Shown: positions 13,252 to 28,439, counted from the first letter of the stretch. The stretch is 64,000 bases of DNA from Eledone cirrhosa (GCA_964016885.1 OZ024751.1:49290001-49354000); one strand, 5' to 3'. Made by a program: numbers and translations. The notes: generated by a model from the sequence alone, not told the origin.

Positions 13252-13539
13252 TATATATAAATGTGTGCGTTTGTGTGTGCATGTATATATGTGACTTCGC
13301 ACCGCAAACAAACACACACACTCATACAGACATGTATATACATGTGTGTGTTTGTATGTGTGTGTGTGTGTTTAGATAATGTGTGTATTTTTTCGTCTCT
13401 GTATGGCATATTATCATCGTGATTGTCATGGGGATTTCATTGGATGTATACCAAGATTACTTATGTGAATGTCGCCATTTGTAACGAATGTTCTCTACGT
13501 TCCTCTCATCCCTTGCTGTTGTCTATTTATGTCTAACGA

Positions 13540-13860
13540 TAACCAATGTCTTCATCTTACGTTTAGACACATCTTACCTATCCTCTCTTCTGATTTCGAT
13601 CCCACAAAATCAGTCGGGATATTTGTTACCTCAGTCATTTTTTGAACATGCCAAACCAGGAGCTTCTTTCATAGTCCTCATCAAGCGGCCTCTGTTTCTG
13701 TGTAAAAGTAAAACCACCCATTTTTACTTGTTCCTGTTTAAAGTATAATATTTTCACATAATTTGATACGACATCTTGCTGATTTGCTCTTTATATATTC
13801 CTTTAATAAAATCGAATATTCCATCAATAATATCTCAACATTTTCTTAATATATCTTTGA
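13540..13860 (-). pseudogene. Degenerate RTE LINE C-terminal relic
   Basis: Minus strand ctcctggtttggcatgttcaaaaaatgact...gattttgtggg resembles the RTE L.W.GHV..M...P..IL.G motif. Frame-broken. Confidence 0.35.
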
Positions 13861-13887
13861 TCTCTTTTGGTATGTAAGTGTACTTAT

Positions 13888-13972
<85 letters not shown>

Positions 13973-14359
13973 TATGTATTTCATTGTTCTAGGAGTTGAT
14001 CCAGCTAAAAGTTCATAGTGCCATAAGAAATAATTAATCCGGGTTTAAGGCACACTTAACATTGAAAGTAAAGATAACTAATTCACAGTGATGGGAATCA
14101 TTTTATAGTTATCCACGAAATAGAAACACACAGGAATTGAGATTAAGACAGGTGATTGTGTTTCCCTTTCTTAATACGTACCTTAAGGTATTTTCCATAA
14201 TCTAATTAGGTTTATCTTCTTATCTCCTTTCATTCGACATTTTGATTTAGTCTTTTGATTTAGTCTTTTGATTTAGTCTTTTGATTTTGTTTATTTCTAA
14301 TTGTTCTTCATTTTCATAACAGCTTCTCTTTCTATTTCCCCAATATACCCCAGATGTCA

Positions 14360-15000
14360 ATCAAGTATAGCTTCATTCATAAGAGAGAGAGATTTGAAAA
14401 GGATTCTAAGATACCTTAGGCTGTGAATTATCGTGGGAAGAAATGTGGAAGCTGACGAAGAGATCCCCCAAAATTTAATTATAATGATGCCATTAAACGA
14501 CACCACAATGAAACAGGTAACCTCATTAGGATATCATAGGAGAAGACATTGAATGACTGCAAACATTGGATGAGAGCTGTAAAGAAAGGAGTAAAATATT
14601 CAGAATCAAGACTGCTCGGAAGAATATAAAAGAAACAGAGGAAGATTTACCATACTGGCACTGCCAGCCGTAATTTGCAATATATTCGGATATGTCTGTG
14701 TCAGAGTATTTAATCTATAGTGTCATAAATGATGGAAGCATTATTAATGGATTTCCTTCATTGTTTAACTATAATAATCTGAAAACAAATCTAACACCAA
14801 GTCATACTCGATTACGAATGAATGCTGTGGTGGAAAGGGGATGATACCAGACCAGCATAGATATTGGAATAGAATACTAATTTCCGACAATCGAAGATTC
14901 TGCGTTAGGTTTCAATTCCCGTATATGTCACTGCATGTCACCCAAGTGCATAATTACCCTTTAGGGATGATATTAAACATTGCAGATAATATATCCGTTT
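14360..15000 (+). pseudogene. Degenerate Tc1-family transposase relic
   Basis: LTPSHTRLR at 14791 is followed, after a frameshift, by WNRILISDNRRFCVRF, matching the Tc1 pattern LT..H...RL.W...W..VLFSDESRF. Confidence 0.55.
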
Positions 15001-15240
15001 TAGCTGCAAACGTATGTTGTCATGAATAACTGAAGAAAGCAACGGGGGACATTTAGAATGTATCATTTCTAAGACAGTATGTCTAGTTATAGGAAATAAA
15101 TGAAAGCGGAAACTATAGGTATTTGTTGAAATCAACTTTTTCAATGATATGAAATGATAGGAATAAGAATGCAGATGGAAACCAGCACACGCAAACGTAT
15201 TCATCATCTTCATATACACACAAGCAGACTTGCATTGTGT

Positions 15241-15318
<78 letters not shown>

Positions 15319-15356
15319 GGAGAGAGAGATACATATATACGTCTATATGTATGTGC

Positions 15357-15447
<91 letters not shown>

Positions 15448-15489
15448 GTATATATATATACATATTTATATATACACATACATATATAT

Positions 15490-15561
<72 letters not shown>

Positions 15562-16415
15562 ATCTTTACATTCGTTTCTGTGAGTGTGTGCGTGGTTGTA
15601 TTTATACACACGTGCAATACATACATGCATACACACAGACAAATACTCCCTCTCTCCGTCTCTCTCTCTCTCTCACACATCCACATACAGACACACACAC
15701 ACACGTATGTGTATAACGCATTGATTGAATATGGAAGCCACAAATGCTTCTGGAAGCCATCAACACAAAATATATAAATCAAAGATCGAAAGATAAGCGA
15801 AAGATTTGTTAAAATATTGGATAAATTTGCCGACCTTTCATATTCGGCATACAAATATTGGAAAGCTATTGAAATAGTGTAGGGCGATCATACTTTATTT
15901 ATAGCCTGAAAACAAAGCAACGACACAGAAAATACGTAAAATACTAATAAATAAAACACTATCATAAATGCAAATACGGAACTAATGAGCAAATAAATCG
16001 CATTCCCGTTTTGTTCTACTTAACAAAAAAAAAAAGAATTATTATCACCGCCATCTTTTTACATTGTCCTGTCGTTTTATTATTATTATTATTTTTTTTT
16101 TTTGTTATTAATTTATATAAAAATTTGTTGTTTTGTCACCTTCACGTTTTTGTACTTTTATTGAGGGTATTGTCGCTGTTTTTTTTTTACTAGTTTAATT
16201 CTTCTTCTTCTTCTTCTTCTTCTTCTTCTTCTTCTTCTTCTTCTTCTTCTTTATCGTCAATAAAACCAGCATCCTGGTCAGAATATTCATAATATTAATA
16301 ATAATTGTTTCTACTATTGGCACAAGGCCAGCAATTACTGGTACTTTATTTTAACGACCCCGTAAGGATGAAAGGTGAAGCTAACATCAATAATAATAAC
16401 TTTGTTAAGTGGTAG

Positions 16416-16556
<141 letters not shown>

Positions 16557-16654
16557 TGGATGATGGATATAAACATAAGTATAGATGTTTTTATAGTGAC
16601 CATCTTGCAAAATATTACATACATGTTTAAATTACTAGAGAATTCTAGCACAAA

Positions 16655-16706
<52 letters not shown>

Positions 16707-16715
16707 ATATATATA

Positions 16716-16895
16716 GTTGGTGTGGGATGCTTAAAGCGTCCGTAAATATTGCTTCGTAGAATCGAGGCGTATCTGAGGACCTTGCGATTTCAGATTCAGG
16801 TCCGATCATTACATCGATCATACCTCGAGTTGGTCGCCAGAGAAACGATCGTAATATGTATAATAAATTTTATTCGTCACAACACTGATTCTCCA
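16716..16895. repeat. Dispersed TA-embedded repeat (MITE-like), second copy at 27861-28090
   Basis: Shared ttggtgt.ggatgcttaaag.gtccg...gcttcgtagaat...cctcgag.tggt...attcgtc.caacactg.ttctc. The second copy has an internal inverted repeat. Confidence 0.7.
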
Positions 16896-16903
16896 ATTCT
16901 TAT

Positions 16904-16953
<50 letters not shown>

Positions 16954-16955
<2 letters not shown>

Positions 16956-17054
16956 CTACAGAAATTTTAATTACCACAACAAGCTAGACTCACATTAGCC
17001 CGGAATATCGTCTGAATGTTCACAGTGAGCAAACAGGACGCTTAATAAGGTATA

Positions 17055-17114
<60 letters not shown>

Positions 17115-17222
17115 CTATATGTTATATATATATACACACACACACATATATATATATATACATATATATACATATACATATGTATATATATATATACATA
17201 TATATATAATATATATATACAT

Positions 17223-17268
<46 letters not shown>

Positions 17269-17518
17269 ATATGTATATATATATAATATATATATATATT
17301 ATATATATATATATACATTATATATATATACATATGTATATGTATATATATATATATACACATGTGTGTGTGTGTGTATATATATATAACATATAGATAA
17401 TATATATATATATATATATACCTTATTAAGCGTCCTGTTTGTTCACTGTGAACATTCAGACGATATTCCAGGCTAATGTGAGTCCAGCTTGTTGTGGTAA
17501 TTGAAATGTATGTGGCTG
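16954..17518. repeat. Local inverted duplication (~100-bp arms 16954-17050 and 17421-17518 around TA tracts)
   Basis: accacaacaagct...aacaggacgcttaataagg versus ccttattaagcgtcctgttt...agcttgttgtggt. Confidence 0.9.
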
Positions 17519-17753
17519 TTGTCGTATTGAGTCCTCGTTCTACTGACTGTGAAGGATGTCGGTGATATCCGTTGCTGTCGTTGTTGGTATTACTGCTGGA
17601 ACTGATTTTTGGTTAGTTTGCCAACAACTGTACCACCATATAATATTCCTCACATATAATACATACACACGACGATAGTTCATACACCCGTACAAGCATA
17701 CATCCACAAACACATACATAGACACACTCACTCACAAACACACATATATATAA

Positions 17754-17804
<51 letters not shown>

Positions 17805-18436
17805 CATATATATTTATATATATATATGTATGTATATATATAAATATATATAAATATATATATATATATATGTGTATCCATACACATCCAAGACAGTGTG
17901 TCTGTTTGCGTGTAAGTTTTATGTGTGTGTATGTGTAAGTGTGTTTATGTGTGTGTATGTATGTGTATGCGTGCGTATGTGTATTGGTTTGTGTGTGTGT
18001 ATGTGCGTGTGTTGAGTTACGATCCTTTGCTTTCAACAAACGTTAACAAATCATTCGTTGCTTTCCTTCAATTTTTTACGTTCAGCTTTTCTATATGTTT
18101 TTTTCTTTCTCGAGTAACACCAACAAATATGGACGGAAAAAACCCCACAGCACTAAAAGACAGTAACACATACTCACATTGGCACTAACATATATACACA
18201 CATAGACGGACAGCAGCATATATGCATACGCAATGATATGAACACCAAGATGTATATACACACACACGCGGATGAAAATCATTGCATATATATATACACA
18301 CATAGACTGTCACATATGCACATATGCACATATGTACAGGTATTAGAACTAAATACCAACAACAGGGAAAATAATTGCATAACCATCATCAGTAACATTA
18401 TCAGCAGCAGCAACAATAACACCACCAACAACAACA

Positions 18437-18511
<75 letters not shown>

Positions 18512-18608
18512 CTTTCTTTATTGGCCACAAGGGCTGACATCAAGAAAAATATTACAGATGACACAGGACGGTACAGGACGGTACGATGTGGGTTTTGTGC
18601 GTGTAAAG
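18512..18608 (-). mobile_element. Tx1-type LINE 3' tail fragment abutting (AAT)n
   Basis: Reverse complement acacgcacaaaacccacatcgtaccgtcctg...cccttgtggccaataaagaaa matches the units at 522-921. Confidence 0.75.
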
Positions 18609-18671
18609 ATTTTTATTATTTATATAAGAAAAGAGAAAGAAAAAAGACATAAACACATAATAATGATGATG

Positions 18672-18735
<64 letters not shown>

Positions 18736-19474
18736 CAACAACATCAACATCAACGACTACAACAACAATAATAATAATAATAATAATAACAACAACAACA
18801 ACAACAACAACAGCAGTAATCATAAGGCGGAGAAGGAGAATAAACTAAAACAAATAAAAGAATGCAGAATATATTTGTAAAAATAAAAATAAAATAAACT
18901 ATCGAATATTACAAAGAAGAAGAGAGCAAAAATATAAAACATAAAACAAAAAAAAAAGAATAGAATTACAATCTGTCTTGGTGTTGAAAGCAGCCCAAAG
19001 TTGATTTATAATTCGCCGCTAACAGTAATTGGTTTAAATGATATTGCACAGACAAAGAAGAGCAGTGAAAAGTTAGACAAACTATATATCTCCTTATTTG
19101 ACCTCTTAAAAATAGCATCAAATATATCTCATTTATCATGGCGTCTCGAAAAATGTTCTTCTAAATACCGCTGTTCCTTTACTCAGTCAAGACGTAACCG
19201 CAGCGACTTTGGTTTTCTTTCTATATCAGCTTATGTGTGTTTTATAATACGAGCGTTGAGACCTACCTACATATATATATGTGTGTATACCCTTGTATTT
19301 GTATGTGGGCCTGGGGACATTCAAATAAATTGATGCACATGTATTGACAAGCTCATGAAATGTTTTAAAAAATAAGCTCATGGGGATATATATGTATGTG
19401 TACACACGCACACATCATATATCTGTCCATATACATAGATAAATACATATATAAAAATATATATGCATATATAT

Positions 19475-19541
<67 letters not shown>

Positions 19542-19542
19542 A

Positions 19543-19574
<32 letters not shown>

Positions 19575-19734
19575 TGACAATTTGGCTTGTGTACTTAAAA
19601 TTGATTGTCATGGTAACACTGCGGATAGCGATTTTTAGACACACAGGTCAATGAAACATTTGTTAATACTTGGAATAAACCCTAATTTATAGCTGATCCG
19701 TGTATATATACTCCTTTATATATATATATATATA

Positions 19735-19924
19735 GGAAAAAGTATGACCCCGACGGCAGAGATCAAGCCGTTTCGACGGCTATTTCCAGAAATAGTCGTC
19801 GAAACGGCTTGGGCTCGGCCGTCGGGGTCATACCTATTCCTATTTCTCACTCTACTACCCTAAGTATTGAGTACTCTGGTGGGTGCGTTATGGTCTATCT
19901 GGTTCCTTACCACAATTCCTTTGT

Positions 19925-19925
<1 letters not shown>
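19735..19925. mobile_element. Penelope pLTR-like foldback with two truncated hammerhead 3' halves
   Basis: Hairpin at 19735-19842; each arm reads gtcGAAACGGc...gCCGTC (stem III plus GUC), with no CUGANGA. A near-identical element is at 51841-52052. Confidence 0.7.
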
Positions 19926-19971
<46 letters not shown>

Positions 19972-20175
19972 GTAATTTGTACATACATATATTCATATAT
20001 ATATATATATAATATGTTGAGAAGGTAACACACCAGAGAGAGATATATAGTGCGTTATCAACAATACAGGGAAAAAACCACCAGTGTATGGAATCTATAA
20101 CCTATGAAAGGCAGACTATAGACACGATAATTAAAAATATAAATTAAAGCGTAAATAAATACCTCTATAACTATA

Positions 20176-20258
20176 TTACACACGTACAAATCCAGAGATA
20201 TGTTTCGCCAGAGAAATTGTTGAAAGAAATGTTAGTCTCGGTTCATCAGCGTGTGTAA
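20176..20258 (-). ncRNA. Type I hammerhead ribozyme motif within a Penelope-like relic (~20015-20960)
   Basis: Minus strand: ttacacacg-CTGATGA-accgaga...tctctggc-GAAACA...TGTA-cgtgtgtaa. Stem I is a perfect 9 bp, the triplet is GUA, and 10.1/11.1 is an A-C mismatch. Confidence 0.75.
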
Positions 20259-20985
20259 GGCTATACATCTCAGACAACACTAAGAGAATTTTACAATTGA
20301 CTGTCCAGCCACACGTGGGAGAGAGAAGTCACAGCGTGTTTAAGGGCAGTGAACCAGTGGCCTCTGAGAGACGAACTGCTAGAAAGGAACAGGAAGGACA
20401 ACAGTAGGAACGCGCATGCGCAAAGACTCGGTCACTTCACACAGGCAATGCTAGACTACGTGCGAGAGGTGTAAGGCAGATAACTGCGAAAGTCCGGAAA
20501 GTCTTTAGGTTGAAAATAAAATTAAAATTAAAATAAAGATAAAATTACAAAGAATCAGTCCGGAGCCTTGTAATTATGCAATAGATGTTTGGTGTCGTGT
20601 GGACAACGTGTGAAAAATTCACTCCTCGTGTTTAGGCAATCACTATTACGTAATCTCTTTAGAATAGTTATTCGTTCGTCAATACATAAGCCTCCGGACT
20701 TTCCGAGTTATCTCCCTTACACCTCTCGCAAGCAGTCTAGCATTGCCGGTGTGAAGTGAGCGAGTTTCTGCTCATGCGCGTTCGTACGGTTATACTTCCT
20801 GTTCCTATAACCATGCACATTCCGAGCTGAAGATCCGCTAAGGTGACACAATTGTTCTCAGTATGGTGAACTAACTGTTGTGTAACCACTTCTACCCAAC
20901 TCGTCCCTTGGGCTGAGTGCTCTACCACTACGGATATTACCTTCCAGTGTTCCACTACTATATATATATATATGTACATACAATG

Positions 20986-21200
20986 AAGGCGTGTGGCTGA
21001 GTGGTTAGAGAATTGGATTCACAATCTTGAGGTTATGAGTTCAATTCCTGGACCGGGCGATGCGTTATGTCCTTCAGCAAGACACTTTATTTCATGTTGC
21101 TCCGTCTATCTGGAGTTGCGACCGATAGATAGTATTAGCAATTGGAAAAACCAGCGGAAACATTGTTTCCTCGGTCCGATTTGACGAAAGTCGATCGATC
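20986..21200 (+). mobile_element. tRNA/CORE-like SINE (family 2, alternative tail)
   Basis: A box tggctgagtgg, B box gagttcaattcc, core gtccttcagcaagacactttatttc. An inverted copy is at 28178-28398. Confidence 0.85.
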
Positions 21201-21264
21201 CTTAATATGTACATACATATATTCATATATATGTATATATATATATTTATACATATATATATAA

Positions 21265-21331
<67 letters not shown>

Positions 21332-21582
21332 GTTCAAGAGTAACCAATCTTAAAGAGAGAGATTGAGATAGTAGAGGAGATATGAGAGGAAAGATTGGTG
21401 AGTTAGTTAGAAGCCAAAGCGTAAAGGCATGTGCTCAATGTGCAATATGCAGTAGAAAGCAGCTAGGTGGCTGGGTTCTTGCAGAGGTTAGGTGCGCAGA
21501 GCTGGAAATCAAACTAAATATGTTGACAATATTTTAATAATGTCTTTCTTGTGAAATTTGTGGTCTTGTTTTGCTTAACTAA

Positions 21583-21666
<84 letters not shown>

Positions 21667-21842
21667 TATGAAAACATGGCGTGCTGCGTGGTTGCAAATG
21701 GGTTACATATATATTCGGAGGTAACCACAGTAAGTAAGGTACTCAATACATGGCAGAGTATAACAGTTTTAAGCTCTCCAGATACTGCCAATCCAGCGCA
21801 CGCTTGTTGTTATTATTAATATTAATATTAATATTAATACAG

Positions 21843-21996
21843 CGCGGTGGATTGGCAGTATCGGTAGGGGGTCGGACGCCAAGCCTTGACGCATAGAGTT
21901 ACGGCCCTTGCCATTCTGAGTTCAAATCCTGCCGAGGTTAACTTTGCCTTTCATCTTTACGGGGTCGAGAAAATAAAGTACCAGTAATGCACTGAA
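21843..21996 (+). mobile_element. tRNA-derived SINE, family 1
   Basis: Family consensus, flanked on both sides by ttattaatattaatatt. Confidence 0.85.
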
Positions 21997-22103
21997 ACAT
22001 TTATTAATATTAATATTCTTAGGTTGAAAGTCATTCAAAAGAGGTGTTTGAGACGCCATTGGAGAACTTGGCTGACATATTAGAGGAAGAAGATATTTAA
22101 GTC

Positions 22104-22995
22104 ATGTTCGTAATGTTGTTGCTGTTGTTGCTGTTGTTGCTGTTGTTGTTTTTGTTGTTGATGCTGTTGTTGTTGTTGCTGTTGCTGTTGTTGCTGTTGT
22201 TGTTTTTGTTGTTGTTGCTGTTGTTGCTGTTGTTGTTTTTGTTGTTGTTGCTGTTGTTGCTGTTGTTGTTTTTGTTGTTGTTGATGTTGTTGCTGTTGTT
22301 GTTTTTGTCGTTGTTGCTGTTGTTGCTGTTGTTGTTTTTGTTGTTGATGCTGTTGTTGCTGTTGTTGTTTTTGTTGTTGTTGCTGTTGTTGCTGTTGTTT
22401 CTGTTGTTGTTTTTGTCGTTGTTGCTGTTGTTGCTGTTGTTGTTTTTGTTGTTGTTGCTGTTGTTGCTGTTGTTGTTTTTGTCGTTGTTGCTGTTGTTGC
22501 TGTTGTTGTTTTTGTTGTTGATGCTGTTGTTGCTGTTGTTGTTTTTGTTGTTGTTGCTGTTGTTGCTGTTGTTTCTGTTGTTGTTTTTGTCGTTGTTGCT
22601 GTTGTTGCTGTTGTTGTTTTTGTTGTTGTTGCTGTTGTTGCTGTTGTTGTTTTTGTCGTTGTTGCTGTTGTTGCTGTTGTTGTTTTTGTTGTTGATGCTG
22701 TTGTTGCTGTTGTTGTTTTTGTTGTTGTTGCTGTTGTTGCTGTTGTTTCTGTTGTTGTTTTTGTCGTTGTTGCTGTTGTTGCTGTTGTTGTTTTTGTTGT
22801 TGTTGATGTTGTTGCTGTTGTTGTTTTTGTTGTTGTTGCTGTTGTTGCTGTTGTTGTTTTTGTTGTTGTTGCTGTTGTTGCTGTTGTTGTTGTTGCTGTT
22901 GTTGCTGTTGTTGATTTTGTCGTTGTTGCTGTTGTTGCTGTTGTTGTTTTTGTTGTTGTTGCTGTTGTTGCTGTTGTTGTTTTTGTTGTTGTTGC

Positions 22996-23041
<46 letters not shown>

Positions 23042-23080
23042 ACTGCTGTTATCTTTGTTTTTCTTGTTGTTGTTGCTCTA
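22104..23080. repeat. Compound (TTG/CTG/TTT) triplet minisatellite with higher-order blocks
   Basis: About 1 kb of ttgttgctg-type triplets with recurring blocks; the poly-Leu ORF is a by-product. Confidence 0.9.
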
Positions 23081-25164
23081 GTAGCGGCAGTTGTCGTTGT
23101 AGTTGTGTTGAGTATCCATCCATTATTTTGGTGGTAAATATGATCTTGGTGGTTATGATGATTATAACGATGATGAAGCTGATGATGATGATGATGATGA
23201 TGAGTACGATTACGCCGGTGACGATGATGATCATGATGATCATGATGATGATAATGAGGAGGGGGGGGACAATGATGATAATGATGATGATGATGATGAT
23301 GATGATGGTGGTGATGAGGGTGATGATGGTGATGGTGATGATGGTGATGATGATGATGATGACGATGATGATGATGATGATGGTGGTGACGATAATGATG
23401 ATGATGACGATGATGATGAAGATGATGGTGGTGACGATAATGATGATGATGACGATGATGATGATGATGATGGTGGTGACGATAATGATGATGATGACGA
23501 TGAAGATGATGATGAGGAGGAGGAAGCGGGGCAGGAGCAGGGGGGGGGGATGGTTGTGGATTTTGATGCTGGATCTGTATCCGAAAATGTTGATAATTAT
23601 GTGAACGATGATGATGCTGAGGAGGTGGAAGAGGAGGAGGAGGAGGGGGGAGAGGATGTTATTAGAGACAAGACTTAGGATGATGGTTAAGACGATATTG
23701 TCGATAATGATGAGAATGAGATGGACTCGAGAATAATGATGGTGGTCAGGATAATGATGCTATTGCTAACACATTCGTGATTGCCAGTCCTAATTGTGAT
23801 AGTAGTAGTGGTAGTTGTAATATAGGTGGTAATTATATAGTAGTATTACTGAGGTGGTGTTTGTATCAGTGATGATTGTGATGGTTGTAATCATAATACC
23901 CATTTCTGTGGTGATGGTAGTACTAATAAGTGAGGTGATAGAGGAAGCGGTGTGGTGTTGGAAGTTATGATGGTGATTGTGAACATGATGTTGATGAGGA
24001 AGTTGTTGCTATTAATGGCGATGCTGTTGATCATGTTTATTTCGATAGTGGTTGTGATGGTGATGATGATGATTGTGATGGTGTTGGCAACGGTGGTGGT
24101 GGTGTTGGTGGATATGGTAGTGGTTTTGATGGTAGCGGCATTTGTGGTAGGTTTGGTGTTGGGATGTGGTGCTGCTGGTGGTGGTGGTGGTGGTGGTGGT
24201 GGTGGTGTATATTGGGATGGTGGTGGTGTTGTATACTGTGATGGTGGTGGAGTTTGGGGTCGGAGGTGGTCGTGGGGGTTATTTGTTTTTAGTGGTATTT
24301 CTTATTATGTTCGATGAAGTTAAGTGTAGTGGAGGAGTGTGTTTAAGGAAAAAGCTCTGAAGTGCTAACAAGTAAAAGAAGGGGGGTGGATTGTGTTAGC
24401 GGAGCAGAAGGTTGGACTGTTTGGCTTGTTGAACAGAGATGGAGGTGGAAAAAAGTTTGGGTGGGTATTTGAAGGTTACGGCTTTCACCGTTTGGCCAAC
24501 GTCCAGTGGGTGATTGTTGATCTAATGAAGAGGAAATTTGAGATATTTTCGTACGGCCATCTTACTCCATCTTATTCCATTTAGTTTAAATTTCTACTGC
24601 TTCGTTCACTTGACTTTTACGTGGCTAGGTTTGAAAGTTGGTCTTTCTAAATGGATATAATAACGTTTTGTGGTATTTCGGAGTTGATGGTCGGATGATA
24701 AGGCAGAGTAAGTAGAAATATATTGGTAGTAGTGGTAGTAGAAGGGAGTTTACTGAGTGAATATGTGGAGAAAGGGAGAGAGAAAGAGAAGGAGAGAGAG
24801 ATGTAATGTGTTTGAGAGGGAGACAATAAAATTAAAGATAGAAAGAAAACGAATAAGAGAGAGTCAGAAAGATTGAATGAGAAAAAGTGTGGACAAGTAA
24901 GGGAGACAATTAGAAATCATGGGAAGGTAGTAGAGAGAAGGAGTTGGAGAAAATAGATGTGTGGTTGAAAGAAGCTGAAAGAGGGCATAATGGAGGAGTT
25001 GAGAGAAAGAATTAAAGAGAATAAATGAATGTGGTTGAGAGACAAACATAATAAAAGAGGGACAAATAGTATGAGAGAATGAGAGAAGGAAATAGTAGGA
25101 TTGACAGGTTGGTCAGATGGTAGGGTGTAAATAACGAAAGGATACACTAGATGAATGAAATAGA

Positions 25165-25342
25165 GAATAATAGTGAAAGAATTCCTTGGTAAACCTCACC
25201 GGTAACGTCAATGCTAAATGCCTGGAAAAGAGATGTAGGGATATTGACAAGTCCAAGCTAGTTGGCGAGCAGCGTTGCTTTCGCCTCGGATACAGCACAG
25301 TCGAGCACATATTCCCACTCTGGCAGGTCTGTACGGAAAAAA
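25165..25342 (+). pseudogene. RTE-clade reverse transcriptase fragment
   Basis: SLVNLTGNVNAKCLEKRCRDIDKSKLVGEQRCFRLGYSTVEHIFPL follows the RTE pattern SLL..PGKVYAK.LE.R...EQ.GFR.G.ST.D.IF.L. Confidence 0.75.
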
Positions 25343-25344
25343 AA

Positions 25345-25394
<50 letters not shown>

Positions 25395-25881
25395 TTGTTT
25401 GAAAACAGTAATGTATTGAATGACTTATTCAAATCTAAGGTCAATATTACATAAGTAATACACAAACACACAGTGTGTGTGTGCGTGTGTATGTATATAT
25501 GTGCGTGTATATGTGTATATGTGTGCGTGCGCGCGTGTGTGTGTGTGTGTATGCCTTGTAACTAAGCATTTTGTGAAACAGAAATCGATAAAATATGTAT
25601 CAGAGCTGAGAAAGAATATAAGCACCGTGGTCGAAATGGTTGACTAAATACTTTTAAGGTGGTGGTGCCCCAGCATGGCCACAATCTAATGTAAAAGTTA
25701 AACATAAATAACAACAGAATCGGTACAGTATATGGAAGGGATATATTAGGTTACCACTTGATATAGCAGGAAGAGGGTCTTCGGACGCTAGTCTTTCATC
25801 AGAAGAAAGAATGAGAAATAAGGTGGATTGAGGGGACGAGCGGGTTGAAATCGAAAAAATGTCTATATATATATATATATA

Positions 25882-26003
<122 letters not shown>

Positions 26004-26014
26004 GGAAAAAATGA

Positions 26015-26246
26015 AACGATAGCTAACAAGCTTGAAACTAGTACAGCGTTCCTTTGTCAGTGTTGAACAAACGAGCAACGGTGGTTGCTAGACACTACGG
26101 CTTAATACGGGATGTTTGTTTACAAACACACCGAGCATTATAATAAATGTTCGGTAAATCCATACTTACATCTATATATGTGTGCATGTATGTATATATA
26201 TATATACATACTACTGTACGTCGGTATACATATATGTATGTACGTG

Positions 26247-26255
<9 letters not shown>
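26015..26255. repeat. Dispersed repeat, second copy at ~44835-45155
   Basis: gatagctaacaagcttgaaactagtaca..gttcct.tgtcagtgttgaacaaa and the downstream ctactgtacgtc.gtatacatatatgtatgtacgt are shared. Confidence 0.75.
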
Positions 26256-26305
<50 letters not shown>

Positions 26306-26961
26306 ATATATATATACTCACACACACACATATATATATGTGTGTCTGTGTGTGTGTGTGCGTGTATGTGCATGTGTGTGTGAATGCTTTAACAGATGTG
26401 TGTGTTAGTGTGTGTTGTTTTCGTTGGGGCATCTGGTAAACGCACTCATATAAAATTAATGCAATTGTCATAATGTACGTCTGAGATCAATTCGATATTG
26501 TCATTCCTGTATGTGTTTCTGTAAGGTTCATATATAAGTTATCTCGTATTTATTAAGGTGTATGAGTGGGTACGTGTGAATGAATCTTGTATGTCTGAGT
26601 ACGTATATGGTAGCGTGTGTGGATGTGTGTGATAGCCTATCGATCATTCCCAAATAATCGAATATTGTTATCCAACGGGTGGTGATTGCTTGGTATATTT
26701 AATGTATAAGGTATTTAGATAGACATGCATGAGGATATATATCGATATACAGTCGCACCCATTCACCTAGCTGCGATCACTATGACAATTTATCATCTTC
26801 ATGCATGGACACACATATGCACACACACACACGTATACGTGGAAACACACACACACAGACACATATATATATATATGTATATATGATTATGGATGATCCC
26901 AGTGAATAAGATTTGCGAAAAACGTGTAAAGTACATCGGAAGATAAATAGACAGTCACACG

Positions 26962-27105
<144 letters not shown>

Positions 27106-27664
27106 TATTATATATATATATGCACGTGAGAATTTATGATTTTCAAAGCCTTCAGTTGTCACAGCATTAAATTTGATTTGCTGTAATGCGTAATGTAAAT
27201 TTCATTTGACTGTAATGTAATGTAATGTCGTTTAGTGTGGTGTAGAATAACAGCCAGATGTTGTGTGTTAGTGTTGTCTATTGGAAAGCTGCCTATAATT
27301 TCATGTATTATGTACATGTGTTCGTGTTAGGCAGTAAAGTATTCCAACCCTGTGATACATATCTAAAATCTAAACTGCATGCTGTGTTTTGTTTTATGGG
27401 ATATTTATAATTCTTTGCCATATCGAGAGGCTGTATAATCTATTATCATTTCTACTGTGGTTACAGATATCGTTTCAGTTGTAGGGGAATCTTACTTCAC
27501 ATGCATTTGATTAATAAACAAATGTTCAAGGTTTTCAAGAGTTGCTTCTTAACTATCGTCGTTTGCTGAATCTTTCTCCACAGTGTATCAACAATATTGG
27601 AGAGTTTCCTGAACCAAAGCTTGAAAATCATTATCGAAGTTAACTAACAAATTCATATTATATA

Positions 27665-27846
27665 TGGATTGGCAGTATCGGTAGAGGATCGGACGCCATG
27701 CTTTCCAACATAGTTATGTCCCTTTACGATCTGAGTTCAAATCCCGCCGAGGTTGACTTTGCCTTTCATCCTTACGAGGTCGATAAAATAAAGTACCAGT
27801 AATGCACTGGGTTATTGCTGGCCTTGTGCCTAAAGTAGAAACAATT
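27665..27846 (+). mobile_element. tRNA-derived SINE, family 1
   Basis: Family consensus with A and B boxes. Confidence 0.9.
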
Positions 27847-28177
27847 ATATATATATATAATTGGTGTTGGATGCTTAAAGTGTCCGAATGCTACCGCAAG
27901 ATGGCTGTATTGCGAGGAATCAGTGTTGCAACGAAAGGAAAATCTGCTTCGTAGAATTGAGACGTATTCGAGGACCGCGCGATTTCAGAGTCAGTTTTGA
28001 TCACCATATCGGTCGTGCCTCGAGCTGGTGGCCCGACAAACAATTGTAATATGTCCAATAAATTCCATTCGTCGCAACACTGGTTCTCTTTTTTCAGTGA
28101 TATATATATATATATAAATATTCATATTATATACATTATATATGTATGAATAAATATATATATATATATATATATAT

Positions 28178-28398
28178 CGACTGTTGATCGACTTTCGTCA
28201 CATCGGCCCGATGAAACAATGGTTTCGTTGGTGTTTCCAATTGCTAATACTATCTATCAGTTGCAACTCCAGGTAAAAGTAGCAACTTCAAATAAAATGT
28301 CTTGCTCAAGAACATAACACATCGCCCGATCCAGTAACCGAACTCACAACCTCACGATTGCAAATCCAATTCACTTACCACTCAGCCACGCACCTTCA
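28178..28398 (-). mobile_element. tRNA/CORE-like SINE (family 2, alternative tail)
   Basis: Reverse complement of 20986-21200. Confidence 0.85.
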
Positions 28399-28439
28399 CA
28401 AAGTAAATATATATATAAACATTAATTAAAATATGAATT

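Noticed and set aside
22104-23604. Poly-Leu (325 aa) and poly-Met (158 aa) ORFs
   Set aside because: Translations of (TTG)n and (ATG)n microsatellites with no complex coding sequence.
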